Shown one piece after another: positions 49,646-59,978 of a DNA stretch of 64,000 nt. The translations under genes and the position numbers were made by a program. Each line of letters begins with the position of its first letter. Within the stretch, counting starts at the first letter, position 1. A model generated the notes under the pieces. The model did not search any database and had not been told where the DNA came from. It saw only the letters and a program-made list of their open reading frames with translations. This DNA is from Vulcanimicrobiota bacterium (lineage in GTDB: Bacteria > Vulcanimicrobiota > Vulcanimicrobiia > Vulcanimicrobiales > Vulcanimicrobiaceae): assembly GCA_963777315.1 (NCBI GenBank), contig CAVZQC010000004.1:224001-288000 (forward strand). Reading direction: 5' to 3'.

Positions 49646-50559
49646 CGCTCTAAAGCGGCGCGATTCCAGTTCGCTAAATCGGCGGCGGCTTCGTACGTGC
49701 GTTGAAAAAACGTCAGCACCGCTTGGTCGGGATCGGGGGATTGGCGAGCGGCCTCGTAAGGCAGAATGAATTCTTTCATCTGCGTGCTGTACGATGCGCC
49801 CGGTGGGCCGGCCGGCGCCTGACCGAAACCGGCCGGCTCGGGATAGGCATAGGAGTAAAACATCGCTTCCATGCCGTATCCGCCGGGCCAAAAACCCGCG
49901 CTGCTCACTTCCTGCGAATACGCTTCGAGCGTGATGGAATCCGCGGTGTTGGGAACGCTCGGATGCCGGGGGGCCGGTCTTCCGGAAAATCGCGTAACGG
50001 CCAAATCGAAGCTTCCCCAAAAGAAGTGCACCGGGCTGACTTTGCCCGTAAAGCGCGAGCGAAACGCTTTGCACAACCTGTCCGCTTGCACCAGCGCTCG
50101 CCAAAACCGATGAGCGTACTGCGGATCGTAGGATGCGTGAGTGAAATCGCGTTCGAACGGGATTGCGTCGGCCACTTCGCTCGGCATCGTACGAATGGAA
50201 ACGTCGATCTTCAGCGATTGCAGCGCTTCCAGCAGACGGCGATAGAAGTCGGCCACCGGCATGGCGCTCAGCGCGAAGTCGATCTGCTCGCCGTCGCACG
50301 TACGTACGCGCAAGGCGTGATCGATGAAGTCGAAATCGATCTCGAACGTGCGCCAGCCGGGCAGCGGCATTGGGGAGGTAGTAAGGCCGCGAGCCGTGAC
50401 GTACAGCGTTACGTGCCACCAGTGGTTGACGGGCGGTTCCTGCGTCAAACGGATTTTGCCGACGATCTGCGTCCACATGTGCAGCGTCGCCAGCGTGTCT
50501 TTCCACTGCTCGTACCGCAGACTGGGCCAGGTTTGCTCGAGTAAAGAGGACTGTGCCAT
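49642..50559 (-). CDS. DUF5996 family protein
   Basis: TLHMWTQIVGKIRL, NHWWHV, SPVHFFWGSFDLAVTRFSG, AYSQEVSSAGFWPG, FYSYAYPEP. Confidence 0.85.
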   Translation of the reverse strand: MAQSSLLEQTWPSLRYEQWKDTLATLHMWTQIVGKIRLTQEPPVNHWWHVTLYVTARGLTTSPMPLPGWRTFEIDFDFIDHALRVRTCDGEQIDFALSAMPVADFYRRLLEALQSLKIDVSIRTMPSEVADAIPFERDFTHASYDPQYAHRFWRALVQADRLCKAFRSRFTGKVSPVHFFWGSFDLAVTRFSGRPAPRHPSVPNTADSITLEAYSQEVSSAGFWPGGYGMEAMFYSYAYPEPAGFGQAPAGPPGASYSTQMKEFILPYEAARQSPDPDQAVLTFFQRTYEAAADLANWNRAALER

Positions 50560-50622
50560 GCGCGCCCATTCCAGGAATAGGTGCGGCTTACCCGTGCGTG
50601 ATTTTTGCGCCGCAGCGGGCCG

Positions 50623-52101
50623 TCACTGATAGGTTGCGCTGCCGACGGCCACGTTCGAAAGCGTCTTTCGGCAACCGTTCCCGGTGGGGTTGGCCGTGTC
50701 GGTTTCCCACTGCGCCGTGACGGTAACCGTGACGGTACCCGGGGTGGAACGCGTGAACGTGTAACTGCCGTTCTGACCGGCCTTGACGGTGCCGAGATTA
50801 CTCGGACTCATGGCGGCGACCGGGGCTTGATTCGTGTAGCCGCTTTGCACGGTGCCGCCTTCGTTGCGCATGTAGTCGCAGAATTCCATCGGCGTCAGCG
50901 CCGGCGTGGTGAAACTGCACGATGCGCCGACCGGCACGATTCCGCCGTTGGCAGTGCAACCGGCGACTTGGTATCCCACGCTCTTACGGGCCGAACCGGG
51001 ATTTTGATCGCTCCAGGTCGTGCTGCACGACGAAATAATTTGCCGGCCTTGGGAAGCGAGGTCGACCTGCGGACCTTGGCCGGCCGGGGGAATCTCGCCG
51101 GCGATGTTTACGGCGGCGCCGCAAGTGCTTGCGCTTTGGTTGAAAGTTCCGTTGTACCCGGCCTCGTACAACGCGACGTTCGTGCCGCCTGGACCGCTGA
51201 TGCAGCCGGTGCCGTCGGTGGAAAAGCCGCCGGGTCCCTGGGCGTCGGCTAGCGGGGTTAGGTACGTGCCGTCGGTGAAGGCGCGCGCGCTGCAGCCGGC
51301 GGCCTGGGCAAAGCCGCCCGCGAGCAGGGCGTTGAGAAAATACGCGACATCGTGCTGCGGCGCGGATGCGGAGCTGAGCGATTGACCGTTCACCGGCAGC
51401 TGCAGGAACGCGGGCCACACGTTCAGCGGCGACGGCGTGGATGTTGCCGACGGTCTGGGCGTGTAGTCGAGCACGACCGTGAATCCGGTGGGCGCAGTAT
51501 TCGTAACCAGACGCATTTCGCGCGCGCGGCTGGGCGTATCGATCCGCAGGTACGTGATTTGATTGCCGCCGGCGATCGACGGATTCGCCGCTCCGTAAAA
51601 ACGCACGGCGCCCGGGGTCAGCGTCGCCGCGCCATACAGCGGCGAATACACTTTGCTCGATGAATCCGCCAGCGCCGTCACCGGATACGTGTGGGCATAG
51701 AACCCTGTGATTCCGGCGTAGGTTTGGTCCACCGCCGGTGCAGAACCCGGCGCCGCGTAAAGGTACCGCGTGAGCGTCCTTGCTGCAACGTCGTACGTGT
51801 ACGCCCAAAAATAAGACTGATACTTTGCGTCGCGCGTGAAGAAATCGACCTCGTGACCGTCGCCATTGGAAACGCCGTTCACGTCGCGGGCCGGCGTGAA
51901 AATCGCCCAGGCCGAATCGGCGTCGGCTTGCCAGCGGTCGACCAGCTCGCCGATCGAAGCTGCCTCGACGTCGCGCTGTGCTTGGAGTCCGCTCCAATGC
52001 AGCAGCGACACCGTCGACTGCAGCAGGAACAAACCGAAAATTGCAGCGATGCCTAAAGCGACCGCTACTTCAAGGAGCGTGAACCCGCGCTCACGATGCA
52101 C
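50623..52101 (-). CDS. prepilin-type N-terminal cleavage/methylation domain protein (large, Cys-containing)
   Basis: RG|FTLLEVAVAL class III signal; Thr/Gly-rich extracellular body. Confidence 0.85.
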   Translation of the reverse strand: MHRERGFTLLEVAVALGIAAIFGLFLLQSTVSLLHWSGLQAQRDVEAASIGELVDRWQADADSAWAIFTPARDVNGVSNGDGHEVDFFTRDAKYQSYFWAYTYDVAARTLTRYLYAAPGSAPAVDQTYAGITGFYAHTYPVTALADSSSKVYSPLYGAATLTPGAVRFYGAANPSIAGGNQITYLRIDTPSRAREMRLVTNTAPTGFTVVLDYTPRPSATSTPSPLNVWPAFLQLPVNGQSLSSASAPQHDVAYFLNALLAGGFAQAAGCSARAFTDGTYLTPLADAQGPGGFSTDGTGCISGPGGTNVALYEAGYNGTFNQSASTCGAAVNIAGEIPPAGQGPQVDLASQGRQIISSCSTTWSDQNPGSARKSVGYQVAGCTANGGIVPVGASCSFTTPALTPMEFCDYMRNEGGTVQSGYTNQAPVAAMSPSNLGTVKAGQNGSYTFTRSTPGTVTVTVTAQWETDTANPTGNGCRKTLSNVAVGSATYQ

Positions 52102-52146
52102 GCTGGCGAGAGTGCCCCCGGCGCGGGAGTTGGGGACACCTCGTGA

Positions 52147-53394
52147 TTACGGAGGCGACAAGGAACGCAGGTCCGCCGCTACGGACGATGTGATGTCCGC
52201 GCTCCCGGCGGGCGCTTGCGAAGCGGCGTACACTTGCGAAAAGCCCAGCCGCTTGGCCTCGATCTGCGCCTGCTGCATGATCTGCGCGACCATGCGCTTG
52301 CGAACCGCCTCGCGGTCATGCTCCAGCGAAGCGATCTGCGAACGAACGCTTTGCGTATCGCTTGCGTCCGTTTGGCGAAGCGAGCCCAAGCGCCGCGTCA
52401 GATCGTCGCGCGCAGTCGCGAACGCGCTCGTGTCCGGTTGCGGCGTACCGACCAGCGCCCGGTATTGCGATTGCATTTCGGCGGCCGAGCCGGCGGGAGG
52501 CGCCTGCGCGGTCGAGGCCGGCAGATGCAGTCCGGATGCGCCTGCAGCCGTTTGCGCGGCGAATACGCGTTGCCGTGCGGCCAGATTGTCGTTCGTGCGC
52601 CGGTCGAGCTCGGTCCGCATCGTCGCGACGTCGCGTTCTCCGCGGGCGCGAAGCTGGGCGCCGTACGAGCCGAGTATGCGGGAATCGGTGCGTCGCAAAG
52701 ATGCAGCTTGCGCGTCCTCTCGATTCTCAATGGCGGCCAGTTGCCGCTGCAGCTGCGAGCGGGCCGGCCCGCTCAGGGCCAGCGTCTGCAGTTTCGCGCG
52801 CAGCAGCAGGCGCTGCGGAGCATCGCGCTTAGCCAGATCGAGGAGCAGCGCCGATTCCTTTTCACGCAGTTCCTGCGCGCGCGCGTTGTATCCGCGCCGC
52901 GTGCGCGCGTTCACCGACGCGACGAACGCAGCGTATGCGGCTTGCTGCTGCCGCAGAAGCGCCGCGCGGAATCCGGCCATATCGCGCTGCGCGGTTTGGC
53001 GCACGCCGGCTTGCTGCTCGCCGTACGTTTGCCGTAGGCCGGCCTCGATGTCGCCCGCCTGTGGGGCCGGGCCCTGCGAGGCGCCGGATAGAGCGCGCAT
53101 GGCTGCGAAATCGAACCTATCGGCGGTTTGGTAGCGCGACGTCGCGGCGGAAGCTGCATCGAGTTCGCGCCTGACGGCTGCAGCGGCATTGTCGATGCGA
53201 GCGCCGGTATCGGCGAAGCCCGTGTGCAGCGTGGACTGCAATACCGTGATTTGCCGGTCGTACTGCGCAAGGGTCGAGTACAGCGGATGGCGGGGCAAGA
53301 GCGCGGCGACGTTGACCGACGCCGGACGCGTCTGGGCGCCCGCGGCGCACGCGGCCAGCAGCAGAATCAGGATTGTGGAAAAGGGCTTCATCAA
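52147..53394 (-). CDS. exported coiled-coil protein, elongated Skp/OmpH-like
   Basis: Signal peptide; N-terminal SVNVAALLPRHP and C-terminal AKRLGFSQVY...DITSSV resemble Skp ends; overlaps the tamB stop. Confidence 0.55.
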   Translation of the reverse strand: MMKPFSTILILLLAACAAGAQTRPASVNVAALLPRHPLYSTLAQYDRQITVLQSTLHTGFADTGARIDNAAAAVRRELDAASAATSRYQTADRFDFAAMRALSGASQGPAPQAGDIEAGLRQTYGEQQAGVRQTAQRDMAGFRAALLRQQQAAYAAFVASVNARTRRGYNARAQELREKESALLLDLAKRDAPQRLLLRAKLQTLALSGPARSQLQRQLAAIENREDAQAASLRRTDSRILGSYGAQLRARGERDVATMRTELDRRTNDNLAARQRVFAAQTAAGASGLHLPASTAQAPPAGSAAEMQSQYRALVGTPQPDTSAFATARDDLTRRLGSLRQTDASDTQSVRSQIASLEHDREAVRKRMVAQIMQQAQIEAKRLGFSQVYAASQAPAGSADITSSVAADLRSLSPP

Positions 53395-55985
53395 AACTTG
53401 TGCTCGTACCGGACGGTGAAGCCGCTGTTGCCCAGCATGGGAATGAGCGCAGACGAGTTCGCCAAGTCGTTAAAACCGAACATGCTCGTCGTCTGGGTGT
53501 ATCCCAGCAGCGGCGGAGAATCGACGCTGTAGAACATCAGGCTGAACGCGGTGGAGTTTCCGCGATGCGCTTCGATGCTCAAGCTGCGGCGTTTGGGCTC
53601 GCCCAGGTTTTCCGAGTACACCGCCGTCACATGTTTACCGAACGCCTTGACCGCGTTGAAGCCGAAGCCGCTGGTAAAATCGTCCGTCAACTGCAGATTC
53701 TGCAGGCCCAGCGCGGTTCCCAGCGATGCGGAGAGTGGTTCGAGCAGCTGTTGGGTGAAATAAGAATTGAGCTGCCCCATCGCCAGATTTCCCAACGCAT
53801 TGCCGGCGTTGAACGACGCGAGGCTGCCGCCCGAGCCGTTCAGGCTGCTCAAGCCCGAGAGCATCGCCAATATCTGTTCTCTGGTATACGGCGGATCGGA
53901 ATCGAACGCAATCTGCATGTTGTCGGGCGCAAGACCCGTTACGTGCAAAGCGATGTACGTTTGCGGATTGGAAACCTGCGTCGTTGCCACCGCGTTGACG
54001 TACGGCATGATGCCGTTGCTCGGATCGAATCGTACGTGCGCGCTTTGAATCGTGAAACGCCGCAGGAAGCTGATGGTGCCGCCCGTCGAGGTGAAGGCGC
54101 CCGCAAGCGTTGGTTTCGCCAGGGTGCCGCCCACTTTGACCGCGCCTTGGGCGCCCACGTCGACGCCGGTGCTCTGCACGCGCACGTCGTTGCCCACGGT
54201 GGCATTCAAGTCGAACGCCAGCGGCAGCGGCGCGTGCGGCGGCGTCTTGGGGGCGTGCGGATTCCAGAACGCCGTCAGCGGAATGCGCGCAGTCGGAACG
54301 TTCACGCTGCCCGCTATCGTGGGTATGCCGCCCGCGGCGCGAGAAGCCACGACGTTCGCATCGATTTTACCGCGAAAATATTTGGGACTGTTGATTTGGG
54401 CGCCTTTGGCCACGATGGTGGACGTAAACGTGGCGGCGTTCGGGTCGCGGAAGTTGGGAACGATTGCGGTGCCGTTCATGTCGAGCGTTCCGCCGCCGAC
54501 TTGCGCGTGCAGCGCGCGAACGGCGACCGTATTGCCGGCAAAAGCCAGCGTGCCGTTCATCTTTTGGATCGGGTTCTGATCGATCGGCCCCACGAAGTAG
54601 CCGTTATGCACGGCAATGCTCCCGTCGAGCTGCGGCGCATCCAAGGTTCCGCGTACGCTCATCGCGCCTCCCATCGTTCCGGCCAAGCGGTATCCTTGGG
54701 GCAGCGCGCTGGTGAAATCGCTGAAATCGACGTTGTCGATCCGTAAGTCGAACGCCACGGGAGCGTTCGATTTCAAACGTACGGGCGCGGTGCCCGAAGC
54801 GGCAATACGTCCGCGCTGCAGATCGGCCTGCGCATGCTCGATGGTGATCGTGTGGAGATTGCCCGCCAGCGTTCCCGATACTTTGGGCACCACGAACTTG
54901 GCGTACCGAACGGAAGCCAAGGTAAAATCGTCGCGCAGCTGCGGCTCGGATCGGGTTCCGCTCACGTGCAGCGTCGTGTCGAGCGTGCCGCCCGCATCAT
55001 ACGGTTTACCTGAAACGGTGGTCATCAGCTTGGCTACATCCGGGCTCTGCGCATGCAGCGCGAGCTGCAGCGGGTCGTTCGCGTGCAAACCGAACGTTCC
55101 CGAACCCTGCGCCGTGAGATAGGGAATGCGCACGAGCGCTTGTTGAATGCGCCCGCGCCCGCGCAGCGCCGTGAGCGAAATCTGCGCTTGCTGAATCGGC
55201 ACGCGTCCCACGACGCCGTCCGTGACGTTCGCGCTCGCATCGAGTGAAACGTCGGGATAGCGGCCCCGCGCCGTGGCGTCGGCATCGATGCGGCCCTCCA
55301 CCGGCGCCGTGTAACCCAGCAGCGGCAGCCACGTGCCCATGTCGATGTCGCGAACGCTTGCGGCCAGGTTCACGTCCGCGCCCGTCGCCAGTTGCGCAAC
55401 GCTGCGGAACGCGGGGACTGCGACGGTGCCCGAAACATGCGCGCGCCCGGCTTGGCCGCCGACGTCCGCACGCAGTGCTATCGTGCGTCCGGACGTGCGC
55501 CAGTTCGCGACGGCGTTGCCGATGTCGAATCGCCTGTAACGCACGCCCCCGAGATCGATGCTGCCGCTGGTGAGGAAGGACTGCGCGGACGTGTCGACGT
55601 CGAGCGCCAGCTTCCCGGTACCGGCAAGCGTATCTCCCGTATCGAAATAGTCGTTGAAGTCGGCGAGATTGGCATCGGGCGCAGCGACGGCGGCCCGAAT
55701 CGAGCCGGCGCCGACCGCCGCATGGAATGCGATCGCCGTCGAGCCCACCGTAACGTGGCCGTCGTTGACGTTGAAGTCCTGTATCGTCCCCGCCAGCGAA
55801 CCGCGTAAATTGCGAAATGCGAGCCCGTGGATCGAGCCTTCGGGAACGTCGAACGTTCCGGCAATCTCCGGGACGCGCCCCGCACCGCCGACGTGCACGC
55901 CGGCGTCGATGCTGCCCTGGATGTATTCGCGCGCCAGTTTAGGCTGTGCGAACCCAATTAGTGCGTGCGCGTCGGCAGCTCGCAG
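53391..55985 (-). CDS. tamB: translocation/assembly module TamB, C-terminal part (DUF490), continuing after a frameshift
   Basis: Beta-taco repeats; C-terminal GTISFLRRFTI...FDSDPPYTREQILAML...; no good start of its own, continues the upstream fragment across 55986. Confidence 0.85.
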   Translation of the reverse strand: MRAADAHALIGFAQPKLAREYIQGSIDAGVHVGGAGRVPEIAGTFDVPEGSIHGLAFRNLRGSLAGTIQDFNVNDGHVTVGSTAIAFHAAVGAGSIRAAVAAPDANLADFNDYFDTGDTLAGTGKLALDVDTSAQSFLTSGSIDLGGVRYRRFDIGNAVANWRTSGRTIALRADVGGQAGRAHVSGTVAVPAFRSVAQLATGADVNLAASVRDIDMGTWLPLLGYTAPVEGRIDADATARGRYPDVSLDASANVTDGVVGRVPIQQAQISLTALRGRGRIQQALVRIPYLTAQGSGTFGLHANDPLQLALHAQSPDVAKLMTTVSGKPYDAGGTLDTTLHVSGTRSEPQLRDDFTLASVRYAKFVVPKVSGTLAGNLHTITIEHAQADLQRGRIAASGTAPVRLKSNAPVAFDLRIDNVDFSDFTSALPQGYRLAGTMGGAMSVRGTLDAPQLDGSIAVHNGYFVGPIDQNPIQKMNGTLAFAGNTVAVRALHAQVGGGTLDMNGTAIVPNFRDPNAATFTSTIVAKGAQINSPKYFRGKIDANVVASRAAGGIPTIAGSVNVPTARIPLTAFWNPHAPKTPPHAPLPLAFDLNATVGNDVRVQSTGVDVGAQGAVKVGGTLAKPTLAGAFTSTGGTISFLRRFTIQSAHVRFDPSNGIMPYVNAVATTQVSNPQTYIALHVTGLAPDNMQIAFDSDPPYTREQILAMLSGLSSLNGSGGSLASFNAGNALGNLAMGQLNSYFTQQLLEPLSASLGTALGLQNLQLTDDFTSGFGFNAVKAFGKHVTAVYSENLGEPKRRSLSIEAHRGNSTAFSLMFYSVDSPPLLGYTQTTSMFGFNDLANSSALIPMLGNSGFTVRYEHKF

Positions 55986-58446
55986 AGCTCGCGGAAAGAT
56001 CGTACCGCGGAGCGAGCGGCGCGCCCATGCGAATGCCGGCGATACTTCCGTCGAGGGCAACTACGGCCGGCCCCATGTCGATCGTGCCGTCGCGAACGCG
56101 CAGCGTATCGCCCGAATATGCGAAGGCCGTATCGCCGCTGACCGGATAGCGCGCGTAACGCGCGCCTTCGAGCACCAATGCGCCGTCCACGGCCGGCGCG
56201 GTCAGCGAACCGCTCGCGGTCGCCGCGACGTCGGCGTATCCCGCTTCGAGCGGTAAGCCCGCGCCGTGCAGAGCCGCCAGATTCAGATGCGCGACCGAGA
56301 GCGCGACGTTGCCTGCGCCGTTGTCCAGGCTACCCGAGGCGACTGCACTGGCTGTGTGCGCGATCGTCGCACGTGCCGCATACACGTGGACGTTTTTGCC
56401 GCGCGTGCCCAGCGTTGCGCTGAAATCGTCGATCGGCACGCCGCGGATGCTGGCGCCGGAAAATTGCGCGTTGCGAACCTGCGCGACGCTGACGCCGCGA
56501 TCGTAGACCAGTGCAATCGGCGCATCGACGGTTCCGCTAGCCGGTAAGTGTCCGGCCAGCGAGCCCAGCGCTGCGAGCGAGCCGTGCAAGCGGCCCTGCA
56601 GGGCAATGTGGTTTGTGCCCGAGATCGTGCCGGCGGCCTGCAGCGTACCGAACGAACCACTCGCCGCCAGGGACGAGACGCCGATGTCGCCCGGGACTCC
56701 CGCAAAACGCGCGTGCGCTTGCGCGATGGAAATGCCGGAGTAGGCTGCGTCGCGCACGTCGACGTTGCCGCGCATCCCCAGCCGGTTGCCGCGCTGCGAT
56801 GCAAAGATGTCGCCGGTAATCGTGCCGCTCACGGGCGGCGGACCTTTGACGTCCAACCCCGGTAAGGCGGCGACTTGCGCGGGCCGGATCGTCAGATCGT
56901 TCGCATGCACCAGTGCGGCGAGCGTTCCGTGCGGCCTGTCCAGCGCAACGCGCGCGCGTAATCCGGCCGGCGAATCGTCCGATTGCAGGTTCAGATCGAC
57001 GCGCCCCACGCCGTCGCTGCTCACGCTGAACACGCTCGCGAGCCGATTGCCCGAACCGGCTCCGGCCAGCACGCCGTGCGTATCGATGCGCCGCAGATCG
57101 TCGCCGGTCGCCAGCAGCGTGCCGTAGAGCGGCATATCGGGAACGATCGCCGGCGCGTAGGGCACGCCGGCGCTCGAGCCGTTCACGGTTGCGACGGCTT
57201 CAACGGCGTGCGGCTCCTTTTGCAGCGCGATGCGTCCGCGCGCGTCAACACCGAACCCGCCGTACGACACGGCGAAGTTGAGCACGCTGGCGGTTTTGCC
57301 GTCGAACGCAATGCTGCCTTGCGCATTCTGCAGCGGCATGGCGCGATATTCGATCCGCGGTGAACGCAGCGAAATCAGCGCGAGCGGCGTGCGCACCGCG
57401 CCCTCGACGAGCAGCGCAAGATCTACCGGTCCGCGCACCGGCAGCTTCGCAGCCGACGCAGTCAGATGTTTGAGCTGCGTCAGATCGGCATTTGCATGGA
57501 CCGCTAGCCGAAACTTGGGCGCTTTGAGATCGTAGATGCCGCCGCTCACGTGTAGCGGCGTCCCGGCGATGGCGGCCGTCAATCCGGACGTCGTCAGGCC
57601 CGCGCCGGTTACGTCGAGCGGTCCGTGAACGTTGCGAATCGGCTCGCTGACGCCTTGCATGCTCACCTGCGCTCCGCGCATGTATGCGCTGGCCGAGATG
57701 CCCCCGTAGTACCGCGCATCCAAATTGTCCAGATAACCGGCTTGCATGCGAATGTTGGCATTGTTGAGCGCGTAGTTGACCAGCTGCGGCAGCGGCACGT
57801 GCGCGGCCGTCCAGTGGTGCAGCGTGAAACCCGCCGGTGCGTCGATGACGCCGGCGCCGCGAATGGGGTACGAACCGCCGTTGACGTAGGCCATCGAAGC
57901 GGTATAGGTGCTGCGCGCGGCGGTGTGCATTGCAGCCTGGATGTTCACGTTGTCCACGTACAGGCGCCGCGCCGAAGGATCGACGCGAGTGCGGTCGAGT
58001 ATGGTGATCGAACCGTCAACCACGCGAATCGCGGCGTTCATCGGAGTCGCTGCGCGGTTCGACGGGGCCGCTTTGGGCAGCTTGGGCAAATTGTAGGTGC
58101 CGTCGGGATTGTGAATGACGGTGATCTGCGGATGGTAGACGGTCACCCAGCGGAGCCCGTAGCGATGCGTGCTTCCCGGGAGCAAGTCACGCAGATTGTA
58201 GCCGACCTCGATGCGAGGAACGTAGGCGAGCTGCTCGCCGCCGTGCCCGATTAAGCGGACGCCCGTGATGGTGGCTTTGCCGCCGTGCAGCGCGATCGAA
58301 CCGAACGAAGCTTGCGTGCCCGTTGCACTGCCGACGATTTTTGCCGCGCCGAAACGCAGGAGCTGTCCGCGAAAGATGAAGATGCAGGCAGCAATGACGA
58401 CCAGGACCCCTAGGACAATCGCTGGTTTGCTGCGCAGCCGATTCAT
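55939..58446 (-). CDS. tamB: TamB/AsmA-like protein, N-terminal part (frameshifted near 55986)
   Basis: N-terminal membrane anchor, HPQITVIHNPDGTYNL AsmA-like motif, Gly-rich beta repeats; frame breaks after PRYDLSAS. Confidence 0.8.
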   Translation of the reverse strand: MNRLRSKPAIVLGVLVVIAACIFIFRGQLLRFGAAKIVGSATGTQASFGSIALHGGKATITGVRLIGHGGEQLAYVPRIEVGYNLRDLLPGSTHRYGLRWVTVYHPQITVIHNPDGTYNLPKLPKAAPSNRAATPMNAAIRVVDGSITILDRTRVDPSARRLYVDNVNIQAAMHTAARSTYTASMAYVNGGSYPIRGAGVIDAPAGFTLHHWTAAHVPLPQLVNYALNNANIRMQAGYLDNLDARYYGGISASAYMRGAQVSMQGVSEPIRNVHGPLDVTGAGLTTSGLTAAIAGTPLHVSGGIYDLKAPKFRLAVHANADLTQLKHLTASAAKLPVRGPVDLALLVEGAVRTPLALISLRSPRIEYRAMPLQNAQGSIAFDGKTASVLNFAVSYGGFGVDARGRIALQKEPHAVEAVATVNGSSAGVPYAPAIVPDMPLYGTLLATGDDLRRIDTHGVLAGAGSGNRLASVFSVSSDGVGRVDLNLQSDDSPAGLRARVALDRPHGTLAALVHANDLTIRPAQVAALPGLDVKGPPPVSGTITGDIFASQRGNRLGMRGNVDVRDAAYSGISIAQAHARFAGVPGDIGVSSLAASGSFGTLQAAGTISGTNHIALQGRLHGSLAALGSLAGHLPASGTVDAPIALVYDRGVSVAQVRNAQFSGASIRGVPIDDFSATLGTRGKNVHVYAARATIAHTASAVASGSLDNGAGNVALSVAHLNLAALHGAGLPLEAGYADVAATASGSLTAPAVDGALVLEGARYARYPVSGDTAFAYSGDTLRVRDGTIDMGPAVVALDGSIAGIRMGAPLAPRYDLSASSASCRRARTNWVRTA

Positions 58447-58523
58447 GCTGCGCTTATGCCCAGCTCGCTACCGTACGCAGCGGCCTGTGCGTTCGAACGC
58501 CTGCTCGGTATGCCCTTACGTGG

Positions 58524-59384
58524 TCAGTTCTGGCCCGCCGGGGACTGGGTTCGGATGCGCAGCCGTTCGCGCAGAGCTTGACTGGGGACGCGCACTTTGT
58601 CCGCCAGCCGCATAATCCATAGCAGCCGGATCGTCCACCACGTGATGTCCACTTCGTACCACGCCATTCCGTGCCGCGCCGAGTATGGAAACGCGTGATG
58701 GTTGTTGTGCCAGCCTTCGCCGAACGACAGCAGCGCGACCCACCAGGAGTTGGTGGAGCGGTCGCCCGTCTTGTACGTGCGATAACCGAACATGTGCGTC
58801 GCGCTGTTCACCAGCCACGTCGAATGATACGCGAAGATCAGGCGGCCGAAGACGCCCCACACCACGAACGGCCAGCCGCCCAGCGCGAACAACATGCCGG
58901 CCAGCGCGAGCTGCATCGGGACGTGGATCTTGTGCAGAACGCGGTAGAACGGGTCGTTCCAAAGATCGGGACAGAATTTTTCAAACTGCGCCGGTGTGGT
59001 GGGCACGTTGGGATTGGGTTTGAACAACCACATGAAGTGCGCCCAGCTAAAGCCGTTGCGCGTGCTGTGCGGGTCGCCTTGCCGGTCGGAGTTCGCGTGA
59101 TGAACGCGATGCGTGGCGACCCAAGAGATCGGATCGCCTTGAAATGCCAGCGTGCCTAGGATCGCCGTCGCGTATTCGACCGGCTTGCGCAGCCGGACGC
59201 TTCGGTGTGAAAGAGTGCGGTGAAAACACAGCGTGACGCCCCAGGCGCCCGTCGCGTACGCAATCATTGCGGCAACCGCAACCCCCCACCATGAGAAAAA
59301 CATCGGAACGAAGACCGCCAACGCCAGCAGATGAATCAGCAATAACCCGATGCCGTTGGGCCAATTCGGCCGTGCCTCACGCAT
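58524..59384 (-). CDS. acyl-lipid/acyl-CoA delta-9 fatty acid desaturase
   Basis: His boxes HRTLSH, HRVHH, GEGWHNNHH; VNSATH. Confidence 0.93.
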   Translation of the reverse strand: MREARPNWPNGIGLLLIHLLALAVFVPMFFSWWGVAVAAMIAYATGAWGVTLCFHRTLSHRSVRLRKPVEYATAILGTLAFQGDPISWVATHRVHHANSDRQGDPHSTRNGFSWAHFMWLFKPNPNVPTTPAQFEKFCPDLWNDPFYRVLHKIHVPMQLALAGMLFALGGWPFVVWGVFGRLIFAYHSTWLVNSATHMFGYRTYKTGDRSTNSWWVALLSFGEGWHNNHHAFPYSARHGMAWYEVDITWWTIRLLWIMRLADKVRVPSQALRERLRIRTQSPAGQN

Positions 59385-59435
59385 ACGTGCACTTTGCCCC
59401 AAAATCGTCGCTTCGTATCGGCATGCTTGCGCTCG

Positions 59436-59963
59436 CTATTGCGCTTTCGGCGCGCTCGAAAAGACTCGCCGCGCTGCAAGCCTGAGCTCCATCTCGTCCA
59501 TGACGATGTCCGCGAGCTTCTGCAGCACGTCGGCCTGCTTGGGTGAGAACATACGCGGCTCGTGGTCGATGATGCACAGCGTTCCCAAACGATATCCGTC
59601 GGCCGTGCGCAGTGGCGCCGCCGCATAGAATTGCAGGCCGAACTGGCCCGCAACCAGCGGATTTGCCAGCGCGCGCGGATCTTTGCGCGCCTCTTCGATG
59701 ACGTAGGGCGAGTCTTGCAAAATCGCCGATGCGCACAAGCCCGGGTCGCATCCAATCTCCTGCACGTCCTTTAGACCGCGGCGCGACTTGAACCAGATGC
59801 GATCTTCGTCGACTATCGTGACCAGCGCTATCGGCACGTCGAACAAATCGGCAGCCAAGGCAGTAATGCGATCGAACGATCCATCCGGAGGGGTGTCCAG
59901 AATATCGTACCGCCGCACCGCTTCAAGACGGGCGGCTTCGTGGCGAGAGGGTGCAGTGTTCAT
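59436..59963 (-). CDS. stand-alone GAF domain protein
   Basis: EAARLEAVRRYDILDT, FDRIT, RIWFKS, NPLV, FYAAAPL, LGTLCIID. Confidence 0.9.
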   Translation of the reverse strand: MNTAPSRHEAARLEAVRRYDILDTPPDGSFDRITALAADLFDVPIALVTIVDEDRIWFKSRRGLKDVQEIGCDPGLCASAILQDSPYVIEEARKDPRALANPLVAGQFGLQFYAAAPLRTADGYRLGTLCIIDHEPRMFSPKQADVLQKLADIVMDEMELRLAARRVFSSAPKAQ

Positions 59964-59978
59964 GCTATGTGCGTACTC

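Noticed and set aside
48061..49653. 530-aa alternative-frame ORF over the MFS gene
   Set aside because: Arg/Ala-rich frame artefact; the MFS frame has the motifs.
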